From Raillietiella orientalis (lineage: Eukaryota), in NCBI GenBank assembly GCA_036172245.1, contig JAYWIR010000017.1, positions 1,426,001 through 1,490,000 on the forward strand: a DNA stretch of 64,000 bases, given 5' to 3'. A program made the translations under genes and the position numbers. Positions 26,001 to 36,660 of this stretch are shown in pieces. The number at the start of each line of letters is the position of its first letter. The stretch's first letter is position 1. The notes below the pieces were generated by a model. The model had not been told where the DNA came from and made no database searches. It saw only the letters and a list, made by a program, of their open reading frames with translations.

Positions 26001-28131
26001 ACTTGATATCCAAAGAAGTTCTCCAAGAGCGAGTCACGGCAGGGTGTTTCGTGTTCTCTGGGAAAGTTCCCTCACCTCGTTTCAGAATTCCCAAACAAGG
26101 AGCGGCTGGTGCATTCCTCAAGCAGGAAGAGGCAGCGCGTGCGACTCTTTCAAGGCGGGTCGCCGTCAGATTTTCGTGCAAGGCAGGAGCGACCGTTTTA
26201 AGTGCACGGGGAAGAAGTATCTATGACCCTCTCTGTTGCGTACTGGGCTTAGAATCAGGTGACCCAAGAGCGAAATGATTGAGCCTGGGAAGTGAACCGG
26301 TCATCCCGCGGTAGTGAAAGAGGATGAAGCCAGGATCGCGGTCGCGTGGTCGCTATCCTGGCTGTCCGTGGCAACGCGAGGGGGATCATGTCGCGCTTCT
26401 GTTTTCTTCAAAACCGCGAGCATGCTGATGAACACGAACACGGGCAGCGAGAACGCGAAGTCCTTTCCTGACGTGCGAGAGGGAGGAGGAAGGGAAGAAG
26501 AGGAGAAAGAGGGGGGGGAAATCGCTTGCGGAGGCACCGACGCCCTTGAAATCGGACAGGGATCTCTCAGGGTCCGATGGCGTACGCATAGCCCCGTGTC
26601 CACGGCCCTGAGACGTAGAAAGACATTCTAAACGGGATTTGCATCCATGTCGCGAGCTTGAGCGATAGGAGTTGTCCTTCAACGTGTTTTCCCAAAGTTA
26701 GACGTCTTTACGTTGGACAGACTGGTGTGAGGGGGTCGTTCGGTTCGGCTTCCATGGAAACCATGTCGCGGAGACTTCGATGCCTTGCGATCTGACATGC
26801 CTTCTTCCGGTTCCCATATCTCCTGAACGAAGGCAGCGTGCGAGAGGACTTTTGCCTTGAGGGACTCTCTGCAAGGACACAGTTCTTTCATCGGGAGTGA
26901 ATTTTCCATTTTTCATGTTCGACGTGTTTTGCTCCCGGTCCAAAGGTCTGTTCGCTGACACACCGAAAAAGGTGTACGCGAGTCACGCGCGCAAGGTTCA
27001 ACGAGTTCATGGAACTCTTGCCTGCCAGCGGATGGAAAGTCCACTCGGACGTTTGGATCGGCCACCTGTGCCCGGCAATTAAGAGTTAATGGACACCTTT
27101 TTCTTGTTCGCCTTAGGTGTTCGGGCCGCCCCTCTATGGGACAGTTCCCAACAGGATTTCGTGGGCATGCTGACCATTACCGATTTCATCAAGATCCTGC
27201 ACATGTACTACCGCTCGCCAAACACGGAGATCGAGGAGTTAGAAGAACACAAGCTGTGCACTTGGAGAGGTCGGTTCTCGCTGCCGATGGTTATGGGTAT
27301 TTGAAGCGGGACGAGCAGAGGTGCTGAACGATCTCAAGCCACTCGTCTGCATCAGTCCTGACGGCTCGCTCTTTGATGCTATTCAAACTCTTATCGAAAG
27401 CAAAATCCACCGACTGCCAGTGATCGACCCGACTAAGGGCAACGTGGTTCACATCCTCACTCACAAGCGCATCTTCAAGTTCCTCTTCCTCTACGTGAGC
27501 CAACCCTCTCTGGGTCTCGGTGACGAACTTTCAGCTGATTGCAGATATACGATCTTCCGCGACTCGCCGTGCTGAACCAGTCCGTGAGTGACCTAGAAGT
27601 GGGCACGTACGATAACATCGAGACCGTGTACGAAGACACGCCCCTTTTCGAAGTGCTGGGTAAGTTCATCGCTCGTCGTGTATCTGCTCTGCCCGTGCTG
27701 GACCACGGAGGATGCTTGGTGGACATTTACTCGAAATTCGACGTCATTGTAAGCTTTCCCGCCATTTTTGAAAGCAGCATATGTATATATGTACATACAT
27801 ATTTCACCACTACCCGATTTAGAATTTAGCCACAGACAAGTCGTACATGCAGCTGGACGTACCAGTGAGAGCGGCGGCTTCGTACCGTACTTGGTTCGAA
27901 GGAGTCCAGACTTGTCGTAAGGAGGAAAGCCTTCTCACCGTTATGGAACGGATTGTGCGTGCCGAAGTACACCGCTTGGTGGTTGTCAACGAGGACAACC
28001 ACGTAGTGGGGATCATATCGCTCTCCGACATTCTGCACAAACTCGTTCTGCAGCCGGCAGGGAAACCCGAATCCAAAGGCGATGCGCCTCAGATTTCACA
28101 GGAACACCAGCAGTCGGGCGAAGCAAGCTGA
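10940..28131 (+). CDS. SNF4Agamma: AMP-activated protein kinase gamma subunit, spliced CDS join(10940-11064,13380-13425,20743-20880,27117-27269,27319-27494,27545-27748,27823-28131); 5' end extends further upstream
   Basis: All introns are GT-AG with consistent phases, giving one open frame with four CBS motifs: [88 protein letters not shown]. The adenine-nucleotide-contacting residues appear intact. Confidence 0.93.
13380..13425 (+). CDS. SNF4Agamma: AMPK-gamma 46-nt exon ([15 protein letters not shown]+G)
   Basis: ctttcttttattcag acceptor and G|GTATGA donor. Its phase 0-to-1 length exactly bridges the 11064 and 20743 exons. It aligns to the recalled insect LPVADPFLEKV...E segment. Confidence 0.75.
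14700..14850 (-). mobile_element. Possible CR1-like LINE scrap (post-RT region)
   Basis: [27 protein letters not shown] resembles KA.R.LGMI.R.F...N.. Confidence 0.25.
17400..18330 (-). mobile_element. Eroded non-LTR retrotransposon ORF2 (L1/Tx1-like linker and N-terminal half of RT)
   Basis: Colinear, frameshifted motif remnants: [20 protein letters not shown] (linker), VIPKKRG (RT start, about 17940) and VPQGIFPP (about 17425), with roughly RT-like spacing. Confidence 0.45.
19800..20282 (+). mobile_element. Eroded L1-like ORF2 C-terminal region
   Basis: Cys/His remnants followed by [12 protein letters not shown], resembling the W.IW..RN motif downstream of the L1 zinc finger. Confidence 0.35.
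20743..20880 (+). CDS. SNF4Agamma: AMPK-gamma exon, start of CBS1 ([46 protein letters not shown])
   Basis: Long T-tract plus ttgcag acceptor; G|GTACGT donor; diagnostic AMPK-gamma sequence. Confidence 0.95.
22850..22884. promoter_or_regulatory. Paired full CRE palindromes (TGACGTCA x2) in an AMPK-gamma intron
   Basis: TGACGTCA at 22850-22857 and 22877-22884; function inferred only. Confidence 0.35.
24040..24696. repeat. 17-bp direct repeat, 640 bp apart
   Basis: cacataaaagtggaaat at 24040-24056 and 24680-24696. Confidence 0.85.
25600..26500 (-). mobile_element. Eroded L1/Tx1-like RT, C-terminal half
   Basis: Ordered remnants: [12 protein letters not shown] (for RQG.PLSP.LF), IKYF (for IKYLG), GARITLVK (for GR.TLVK), WSLLDLLAK (for GGLGL.DL..K). 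Multiple frameshifts and stops. Confidence 0.5.
27117..27269 (+). CDS. SNF4Agamma: AMPK-gamma exon, CBS1 ([10 protein letters not shown]...EEHKLCTWR)
   Basis: ccttag acceptor, G|GTCGGT donor, 153 nt, phase 1-1. Confidence 0.97.
27319..27494 (+). CDS. SNF4Agamma: AMPK-gamma exon, CBS2 ([15 protein letters not shown]...[11 protein letters not shown])
   Basis: Follows a 49-nt intron; TAC|GTGAGC donor; KIHRLPVID motif. Confidence 0.96.
27545..27748 (+). CDS. SNF4Agamma: AMPK-gamma exon, CBS3 (IYDLPR...IYSKFDVI)
   Basis: Follows a 50-nt intron with a ctgat branch-like site; ATT|GTAAGC donor; 68 codons. Confidence 0.97.
27823..28131 (+). CDS. SNF4Agamma: AMPK-gamma last coding exon, CBS4 (NLATDKSY...[15 protein letters not shown]...SGEAS*)
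   Basis: Follows a 74-nt intron (atttag); EVHRLVVV and SLSDIL motifs; TGA at 28129-28131. Confidence 0.94.
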   Translation, partial: NLATDKSYMQLDVPVRAAASYRTWFEGVQTCRKEESLLTVMERIVRAEVHRLVVVNEDNHVVGIISLSDILHKLVLQPAGKPESKGDAPQISQEHQQSGEAS

Positions 28132-28252
28132 TGGGACACTCGAAGCGGGAACAGTTTCTACGACGAAGCACGAGCACCCGTGGATACGTGGAAGACTTGT
28201 TGGCCAGGCATTCGATTTGCTCACGAATACTTACATTGTTGGAAGAAAATCT

Positions 28253-28258
28253 AATAAA
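28253..28258 (+). terminator. Candidate polyadenylation signal AATAAA of AMPK-gamma
   Basis: First AATAAA, about 120 nt after the stop codon, followed by a T-rich tract. Confidence 0.4.
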
Positions 28259-30549
28259 CGATTTGCTTTTTGATGACCTGAGGTGCGGTTGCCTCCGTTT
28301 CGAGGCAGTCGAAAGCAGATGCTCCGGGAGTGCGGGGAGAGAAAGCCAGCCCAGAAGAAGGATGCAGCACTTCCGCCAGCGAAGTCGGCGGAAGATTCCC
28401 TCTCCCCCCCCCCCCTCCCCGCCCCCATCTTCGTCACCATGTGATTTCGTTTTGAGCACGCTCAGGACAATAAATCCTCTTGCACCGAAGCAGCTTTCGG
28501 GGGTTCGTTTGGCTTTCGTCTTGGTGAACTCTCCATGGGAATTTACGGGCACGCACTGGTTGATCCATCGCGTGGGTTTGCGGGAAGCGGGCGTACCGCC
28601 GTATTCCTGGAGAGGAGCGGATCAGTCGGGCGGGATTTCTCGGACGGTCAAGCAGGTTTCCCTTCCCACCGAGCGCTGGATGAGCCGCTCGCGATCGCCG
28701 TCGTAGAACAGGCTTACGTGGAAGGCACGCAACCGGCGACCGGGCTTCGGCGGCTTTCACGTGCTCGTCGTGCGAGTGGTTGCCAGCCCTGCAGCCGGCT
28801 GCTGGTGCCTTTCTGGAATTTTCTCGTTGCTTTGCGCACGCGGGTGTTCTTTTATGTTGACGTTGCAACCGGTCTTTTCACCTCGTCGGGAATTAAGTGC
28901 TGGGTGTCGTGTAGCCTCTTTGGATCTGCTAGGAGGAACTGCGGATTCTTCTGCTTTCACCCGTTTCCACCATCATCTGGTATCCAGTTTTTTTCCCCCG
29001 AGTCACGAGTGAACGTAGTTATTGTGTGTTTTTTTCTTTTTTCCCGTGTATTCTGCTGCTTTGTCTGGCTTCACTTCTCGGTAATGATGGTGAAGCGTTC
29101 TCGACTCGGGTGGGTTCTCTTCCTTTCGCCGCTCCACTTCGTGGATTTTTTTCACCTGAAGTCGCTGTGCTACTGAGAAAGCTTGGATGCCGCCTCCCAG
29201 CTGTTAACTCAGTTCTGCAAACCCAGCATGCCCCAGCGGTTTGCATCTCTGTAATTTGGCGAACAGGTCAACCCTGTGCTCTTGCTCACTCGTTGCCTTG
29301 TTTCTTGAATGTTCCCCCCCTCCCCTCCATCATCTGGGAGCAGCGTCGGATCCCTGTGACCTCAGCTTCCAGTTCATTCGAATGCAGGAGGAACTACGGA
29401 AGGAAACTTCCAAATTTCTCGGAAAATAAGGAGTCATAAGGCGAGATAGGAAACAGTTTGTTAGGTCGTTCCGTAGGTCCCCCGTCCGGGACTCGTCTGT
29501 TATCTCTTTCGTTCGGTAAGCATCGGAAAAGAAATCACTTCCTGCGTTTTGGTACGTCTCGGCTTAAATCGAGGTTACATTTGAAGCTGCAACCAATCCG
29601 TCGCCATGTCTTCGGTGAGCTGCTGCGTGGACGAAATGATTGGAGACTTAGCTCTGGAAGCGAGAACACCATCTCTGGAAAGGTCTTTATACCTTGGATT
29701 GGCATACCGCGCAAGTTGAGGCACGAGTTGCGCTCTTTCGGGGTTCTCCGAATGTAGCAGTGCTGCTCTTTGCTGCTGTTGCCGCGTTTTCACCTCACTT
29801 TGGTTGAACTTCCAGCCTTCCTCTGTCGGGAAGGAAATCAAATTATCCACAGAGTTCGATCTGCATCTCCCCGCACAGTACCGACCCCAAACTTTGTTTC
29901 AGGAAACTTTATTTATTCACCTTGCTTGTGTCCGACCTGTCGCCACTAAAAGTTTCAGGGCAAGTTCGGTTGGCAACAGACTCCTTTTAAGCTTTGCTCT
30001 TGAAGTACTCACGGTGAAGATGACTAGTATGAGTCAGATGAAGCTGTTTCATGAAACGATTGTTTGTATCACGTTCAGCCGCCAGAATTTCCCGTAGGAG
30101 AAACAACCTTTAATTAGTCGTTCCCGAAGAAGTAGAACCGTTAGCTGTTTGTAGGTGACGGCGAAGAGTGGGTGATCAATGCTGAAGGTAGAGACCCCTC
30201 GCGGTGGCTATCGATACGAAAGTGAAGCGACCCCCATTACACACGCAAACAACCGAAATTGAGCAATTTTCCATAAGTTTGGGAGCTCTGGTTGTGGCCT
30301 AGTGGAGGTGTGCGAAACAAACTCGGGATCCAAGATACAGCGGGTGTCTACACAGGCGTTGCGGAGCGCACGAATAGAGTCGCACACTAGAGACATGCGT
30401 GGTCCTGCTACCTTGAGACCAATTCTAAGCACTGGATTTCGGTGAAGCCAAACTGAACTGCCTCGCCCTGGAAACGATCGTCTGGGGTTAGGATCGCCTA
30501 TCCTTACTCCCACTTCCTTCTTCAGGGAATTCTTGGTTAGCGTTTGCGC

Positions 30550-30890
30550 GTAGGGTTGAACGCGCCAGCGTTTGGAATTTGAACACACCCGAGGTCTTGC
30601 ATTCAGTGGTCTTCTAGCAAGCGGATCCAAGCGGGGATCGGAATCCAGCTTTCTTGATTCCCCAAGTGCCGAAAACACTCATCCTGCATTCCGGAAGAGT
30701 TCGAAAGCTCTTCAGCCAGCTGTCAACCATTGACGAACTTTGGGTCTGCGTGCAGCAAACGGCATGGGCTGGAAGATGCAGTGCTGACAAAGAAGTTGGG
30801 TTTGAGGCAGTACCGAAGCTCTTTCTTGCCTGCATGCTTGCTCGTCGGTTCACCTGTGTGCGATCGGGTATTCTCGCTTCCGCCTAGCTC
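30550..30890 (+). mobile_element. Tc1/mariner transposase fossil (C-terminal DDE region)
   Basis: LNAPA (for DNAP.H), SGDRNP (for SPDLNPIE) and RVRKLFSQLSTIDELWVCVQQTAW...KL..CMLARR..CVRS (typical Tc1 C-terminus) occur in the expected order. Confidence 0.55.
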
Positions 30891-31590
30891 AGTAACTTGT
30901 CTCCTAAAAACGTACAGGGCACATCATTCTTTGGGTTTATGCATGCACCAGTTATTCCTTTTTGTTCATTGCTTGAAGCCCTGTGTCTTTACGTATACCT
31001 GCTCCACGCTGTTCCTGTAGTTCGTTCTTTCAGGAGGTGAGCGAACACTCATTTTTAGCCTTTGGAAGCGCCGGAAGGGGAGGAAGGAACGCAGATCCTG
31101 CGCGTTGTGTTCATTTCGTTTTCTCATCTTGCAGATTGGATCGGATCTGCACGGTAGAACTCTGAGCTTTCCGAGAGCACACGAATGCTCATTCGAGTTC
31201 TTTGGATTTTTCCCAAGACGTGCGGTCGCTTTCTTCCCGTGCTCGCAGTCGTTAAACACGGTCTCCTTATTCGATCATTTCTGGATTCTTCCCTTCATCT
31301 TTTGCGCAGTTTGTTGATTTTTGTCATTCTCTGAATCGTCTTCACATGGATAATAGGTGCGATTCTTATCAAATTACTCATGATAGTCCTGGAGTTCGCG
31401 TTTTCTATTGCCCCTAATTCAATTTGAGAAGCATCCGTGGCAGTTCCATGGACTTTTCGGTAAGCAACCAACGAAATCCGGTGGAAGACGGAAGGAGTTG
31501 CTTATAAGAGTTCCCTTCCCATTCGTGAGATGAGTTCCTCCCCATTTTCCCCTTTGCGATGATCGCAAATGACGTGGTTATCGACGTAGA

Positions 31591-31630
31591 CTTCGAAAGC
31601 TTTCATAACTCTTCGAAAGCTTTCATAACT
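31591..31630. repeat. Perfect 20-bp tandem duplication
   Basis: cttcgaaagctttcataact x2. Confidence 0.95.
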
Positions 31631-32099
31631 GCTGCTCGTGTTTTTGACGTTGGGAACGCCAAAAGACCTTCTAATATTCTTGCTTATTCAGGTCACACAT
31701 TGATATGAAGGAATTCTGAAGGTTCCTATCACCCACCCGAAAGTTCTAGGACTGTGGTTTTGCATCCGGGATTTCAGGCGGCACTTTTTTCTTTTACAGT
31801 TTTACAGTTGTGCTTCTAAGACGACAGTGCCACTTTACTTTGTAGATTTCGTGCGAGATGGCGCTAATTGTTCTTGAATGTGGTATTAGTCATGCTTAAG
31901 GTCATGTTCAATTATTTTATTGCATTTTTCCGTGAAGAAAGGGAAAAAAAAATGAAACATCGGGCGCATCTTTAAATAAAGATTGGAATTCTTTGATGCT
32001 GCTTCGTGTTTGTATTGCTAGAAATGTGAGACATGGTAGCCGGGTTATTCCCGAGATGGCAGTTGCGTCTCATGCCGGATTACCGTTCGCATTGCACTA

Positions 32100-35000
32100 A
32101 AATCAGCCCGCATACAAGGCGGGGAGAGGCTGGACTGTTTGTGTTGTTGTTTTTTGTATGTGCGTGCCAGTTTGGCCGTTGCCAGCACGGCGACCTAAAC
32201 AGAAGACCCAGTTCTCAGGTTGCCATAGGAGCATCCGCGGGAAGCGCCACGCATCGCGGTACACCTGCTTTCCCATTCCAGACAAAGCAAGGATTCCTGT
32301 CGTCACTGGGAAGGGGGATGGGCATTTCAGGAATCATCCGGTTTGTCTTATGGGAGGGTTCCCTCTTTCTCTCGGGAACGCACTGTTCCGTTCTCCTTTC
32401 TCCCGCTCCTAGTGTACTTCGTTCCCATCCGTCGCGACGAATTCCCGCAGTGTCTCTCTCAGCGACCTCAGAATCGATCTCGCAGATCCTCTCGCGATTT
32501 CATTTCAGATGTTCCCATCTGTGTCTCCAGCTTCTCCGGCATCGCACCGTTCACGTCCTTGGTGCCCTGGGGTTTCGCTCAAGCATGGCTTGGGTTCCCG
32601 AACCAGCCATGGGTCGCCTTGGCCGCCGTCGCCTTCTGGCGTTGGACCCCTTTCTTGTTCCCCGTTTCTTTCCTTCTTGCCAGGAGGGGTGTTTAGCATC
32701 TCCAGCCTGCTCCCTCATCCGGCACCTCGCCACCACTTCCTCCGGTTGAGTCGTTGCCAAGGCACCTCGCCGTGCAAACCGGGAGATTTTCGGCACCGAC
32801 GATCCACTCTCGGATTTCCTCTCGGCACCGAACGGAAGACACAGGAAGTGGGATGCTTCTTGCACGCATCGTGATGCGTCTTCGACAGAAAAAAATTCTC
32901 CTTGGTTTGTTTATTTTTCTTTTTCTTTCGAATAGCGCATCCGGATTTTCAGCTGCCATCTCGAAAGAACAGACTGAAGCGAAAGACAGTGAAGGTCGAG
33001 TGACCACTGGTGCCGTCGAGCCTCCCTTGAGGAGGAGACCATCAGCATTCCTCTCTCCGCCGCAAAGAAGGCTGTCGGTGCTTTGTCCTCTGGACCACGG
33101 ACGGTTTTTCCTCCTTGAGACTTCACAGAAGAGGGAGGGGGGGAGGAAAGAAATTTTGGTTGGCGGTCCTCGAGCAGCAGCAGGCGCCGCCACGTGAAGC
33201 GCGCGCACCATCTCAGAAGAGGCAGTCAGGCGGATGAGAGTCTCAAACCTAGAGCGGACACGGGGGGGATCTGAGGAGTTCGAGAGGGCGAGGACGGGGT
33301 CTCGAAAAAGGGCAACTGGTGGCTCCATCGAGCTGTGCGTCCGCTCGCAGCACCCCCTTGCCATCCCTTCCGCTATCCTTTCCACCTTCGGTAACTCTTC
33401 GCCACCTGCCCAGAATGTCCTCTTCGGCCTTCTCGGACCTTCGGCGGGATCAAAGGACTTCGCTGGAACGGTTAGCGCGCGATGCGGGTGGCGAGCTTGT
33501 CCCAGCGTCCCCAGGGCACGCCTTCCTTCCGGGAGACCCGATCGCGAAGAACTCACTGTTGTCGAGGCGCCTCAGGAAAATTTCTTTCTCCCGTCGTTCC
33601 CGGAAGCGAGGTGGGTGGAACGTTTTTGCCAAGAGACAGAGGAAGGGGCAGAAAGAGGCTGTTCTTCTCCTTCTTCTCAGGAAGAAGGGGGTGAGGGGAC
33701 TAGGGCAAGATTATCGGAGTCTTGACAGCGCCCCAGGCAGTTGCATCATGTGCGCGACGCGAAGGAGACCGCGGTCGCGGAAGGGCCACATCTGCGCGCT
33801 GCTTCCGTAGCCGCCCCACTCCACCCCCTTCGGGACGTCGCTCGCTGTCCAGAGGGGACCTACTGGGTAACCTCGCGCGCTTCACTCCTACCAGGAGTGC
33901 AGAAACGAGGGCGAGGTCATTCCTGCGGGGGTGCAGAGTGGCTGCACGAGCAGTGTGGGGCGCCGGGGAGCGACACTTGCCACCTGGTTCGGCGGAGTCA
34001 CATGACAAGGCGGCCATCCCTTCCCTCATTCTCCAGTGAATCCCATTCTCACCCCCCAGTGAGGACTTTCTCCCAGCCGCAGTGGGTTTCTCCACTGCGG
34101 CTGAAACTCGTTCTGAGGCAGGAGACTCCAACAGCGGCGCCAAGGCAGGATGATGGCGGGAAGGCGACAGTCTGCGTGGCACGGAAGGCAGGAAACCTGG
34201 ACTTCCTCCTGGAACTGGCAGGACGCCGCTCTCCGCGTCACGCGCGGGCTGCCGGCCTTGCTGACCCCTTCCCTCCCTCCCCCCCTCTTGCTCCTTTCAT
34301 CCATTCATTTCCGTTGCTTCCTGCCCTTCCCCTTTCACGTGAACCCCTCAGGCTGCTTCCCTGCCTGGTTCGTGCTGCTGCTGACGGCGATCACATGTTC
34401 CCCTCCGGGCTGCATGCAAGAGGATAGCTCCTTGTGCGAAGCAGAACGGCATCCTGAAGCACCCGACGCGCTCCTCAGGAGCGGAACACGCCGGAGCTCC
34501 TGAGGCTTTCTCCAGGAAGGAGTCTTGTTCGGGAGGAAAAGAGGAAGGTTGGTGAGGTGTTAGAAGCCTGGCGCTCCCTGGGAGATGCTCATCAGACTGA
34601 GGGTCAGGCGCCTGGGCAAGGGTTGAATCGGCGAGGACAGGGCCTTCTGGTGGCCGTAATCTTGCTTTCACGGAGCTCCTTCGGCTGCCTTGGCAACCGA
34701 GTGTTGGCATCAGTGACTTCCCCTTGCGACGGGTCGTGCAGGGAAGCAGTGCTTCTCCGCATCCACCCTTCTCGCAAGATTCTCTCCCTGCTTAAATCCC
34801 TACTCTCACGTGCCTTCGAGTACCCTCCGTACCACTCGCAGCCTGTCGGTCAGCCTCATAAACGCAGAGGTGAACTTGAGCTCTGTGAAGTTTTCATCTG
34901 GCCAGTTTGCGGTGACCTTGTCGCAGCAAAAAGTATCTGCCCCACTGGAAAACACTCCCTAGTAGACGCGCTGCATGTCCTTAGCCGAGTGCTAAAGACC

Positions 35001-35400
35001 TGTCGTCATGTTCTCCATGTTGTCCCAGAAGTCATCAGCCCAAAGTCCCCTGCTCTCCTCCATGACCGAACAAGCAAGCACGTCGAACACGTCGCAGTTC
35101 GGAAGATGTATCTGCGAACAACCGTGAGTTGAATCACCGAAAATTAAGTGTGGCCCTCTCTGAAGATGTCCTTTTGCCACAGAATGGATTCTGCCAACAA
35201 GAGAATCCATCCAGCACTCTTCGAGATCGAATGGAACTTGAAGGAGAGCATATCCCTTGGACACTCCTCTCTCCCTGTGCTTGGAACAGGGACGCTCAGG
35301 GTGGCAACCGCGGCGAGCTGAGATGCCTTGATTGGGGCACGATGTGCTTGCAAATCCATCTTCCACATGGGTCCACATGATTTCAGAAACTAAAATTACC
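32100..35400 (-). mobile_element. Eroded L1/Tx1-like element: ORF1 and start of endonuclease
   Basis: GC-rich block. ORF1-like remnants (RVY.GV, RLRVVRRVL, KHCF zinc-knuckle relic at about 34750) precede a low-complexity tail and TKDVNG (for T.NVNG) at about 32560. Confidence 0.4.
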
Positions 35401-36507
35401 GCCATGCGTTCCAGAATTCCGCGACCATCTTGGTGAACCCCTTGAACAAACTCAAGAGCGCAACTTCCCGTCTCCCCTTCTGCAGCATAGAGAGCTGTGG
35501 AGCTCCGCAAAGCGCTCACAGCTGCATCTTGTTGAGCCGAATCCAGCACCCGACCGAATGCATCCTGAGCAGCCTGCTGAGGCATGGGTGGCAAAGGACC
35601 AAAACTCGAAAGTAGATGGTTTACGACGTCCTCCTTGGCAGCCCGCCGTAAGGATTACCTTTTCTAGACGCTATTGGAAGTGACGTTGGAATACTGCCGG
35701 AAATTGCGTGCTCATTGGAGATAAAAGAATCGATAAAGATCCTGATATCAGTTCCTTCCAGCCTGGGAAGAAAAAGTGCTTGCTGAGAAAATCAAAGGAC
35801 TTTTCCGTTGTGAGATTCAGTAACTTTGGGTGGTCCAGAGATCATGTTTTTTTGTGCTTTTTTTTTATTTCCTAATTGTTGTGATACAACGGTGCAGGAA
35901 CCACAGAGTTCCGTGAAACAATCCATGGACCTCTGTGGCTTCATGCCACCATCTCATCCTTGAAACATCTTTTAAACAATAGTTCGATCCAGCACAAGAA
36001 AACCATCTTACAATCTTACACATAAGCAGTTCAAAATCGAAGCACCTTCCGTCAAAGCACCTCTTCGGATCTCTGACCTTGTACGGAGGACGAGATTTCA
36101 GATTTCTCTCTGGGATCCGAGAATCAACGGTTCAGTCATATCTTACTAATTGCAAGATTGCATGGGCTTACAATGCACAAATGACACTTCACCCTTGAGT
36201 TATTACGAATGCGAGTAATACTAAAGTATGCGAAATAATGGTTTAATCAGAAAGGGTAGAGAATTGAAGATGATTTAGTGAAGAAAATGATACGGAGGTT
36301 CAAAATGTTGTGAAGACGATTATTTAATGATCAACGCAAGGCCGTAGTGCAGATGCTACCTTACATCGATAACTGCTGTCCTTCTCTCCACCCTTTTCCA
36401 CCATTGGAAAACTTTTATAACCTTTCTACTTACTGTCTTTGAAAGTCTTGTCTCTTGAGGTGCTCCGATAGAACAATCATAGCCATAGAAGTATCGCTGT
36501 GAATTCT

Positions 36508-36660
36508 TCTTCGTTCCTTCCATTCAGCATTCCATGAACTCGGTTTCTTCTCGTCGAACCAAAGTGGGGTAGACGAAAAGTTCCAAGAGAAGAAACAGAG
36601 TTCATGGGATGCTGAATGAAAGGAACGAAGACGTATCTACTTTTCGTCTACCCCACTTTG
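36508..36660. repeat. Interleaved inverted repeats A-B-A'-B'
   Basis: A 36508-36552 and A' 36587-36631 are complementary at 42/45 positions; B 36560-36581 and B' 36639-36660 at 22/22. Confidence 0.95.

Noticed and set aside
28129..28254. Stop-codon readthrough extension of AMPK-gamma
   Set aside because: The context is TGA-T rather than the leaky TGA-C, and the extension of about 40 aa has no supporting feature.
30209..30216. DRE motif TATCGATA
   Set aside because: A single 8-mer is expected by chance in 64 kb, and no promoter context is evident.
31591..31630. 20-bp direct repeat as a CRISPR-like array
   Set aside because: Only two adjacent copies with no spacer, in eukaryotic DNA with no cas genes.
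32033..34427. Long ORFs of 228-287 aa
   Set aside because: They lie within a GC-rich retroelement fossil and are mostly antisense or off-frame low-complexity translations.
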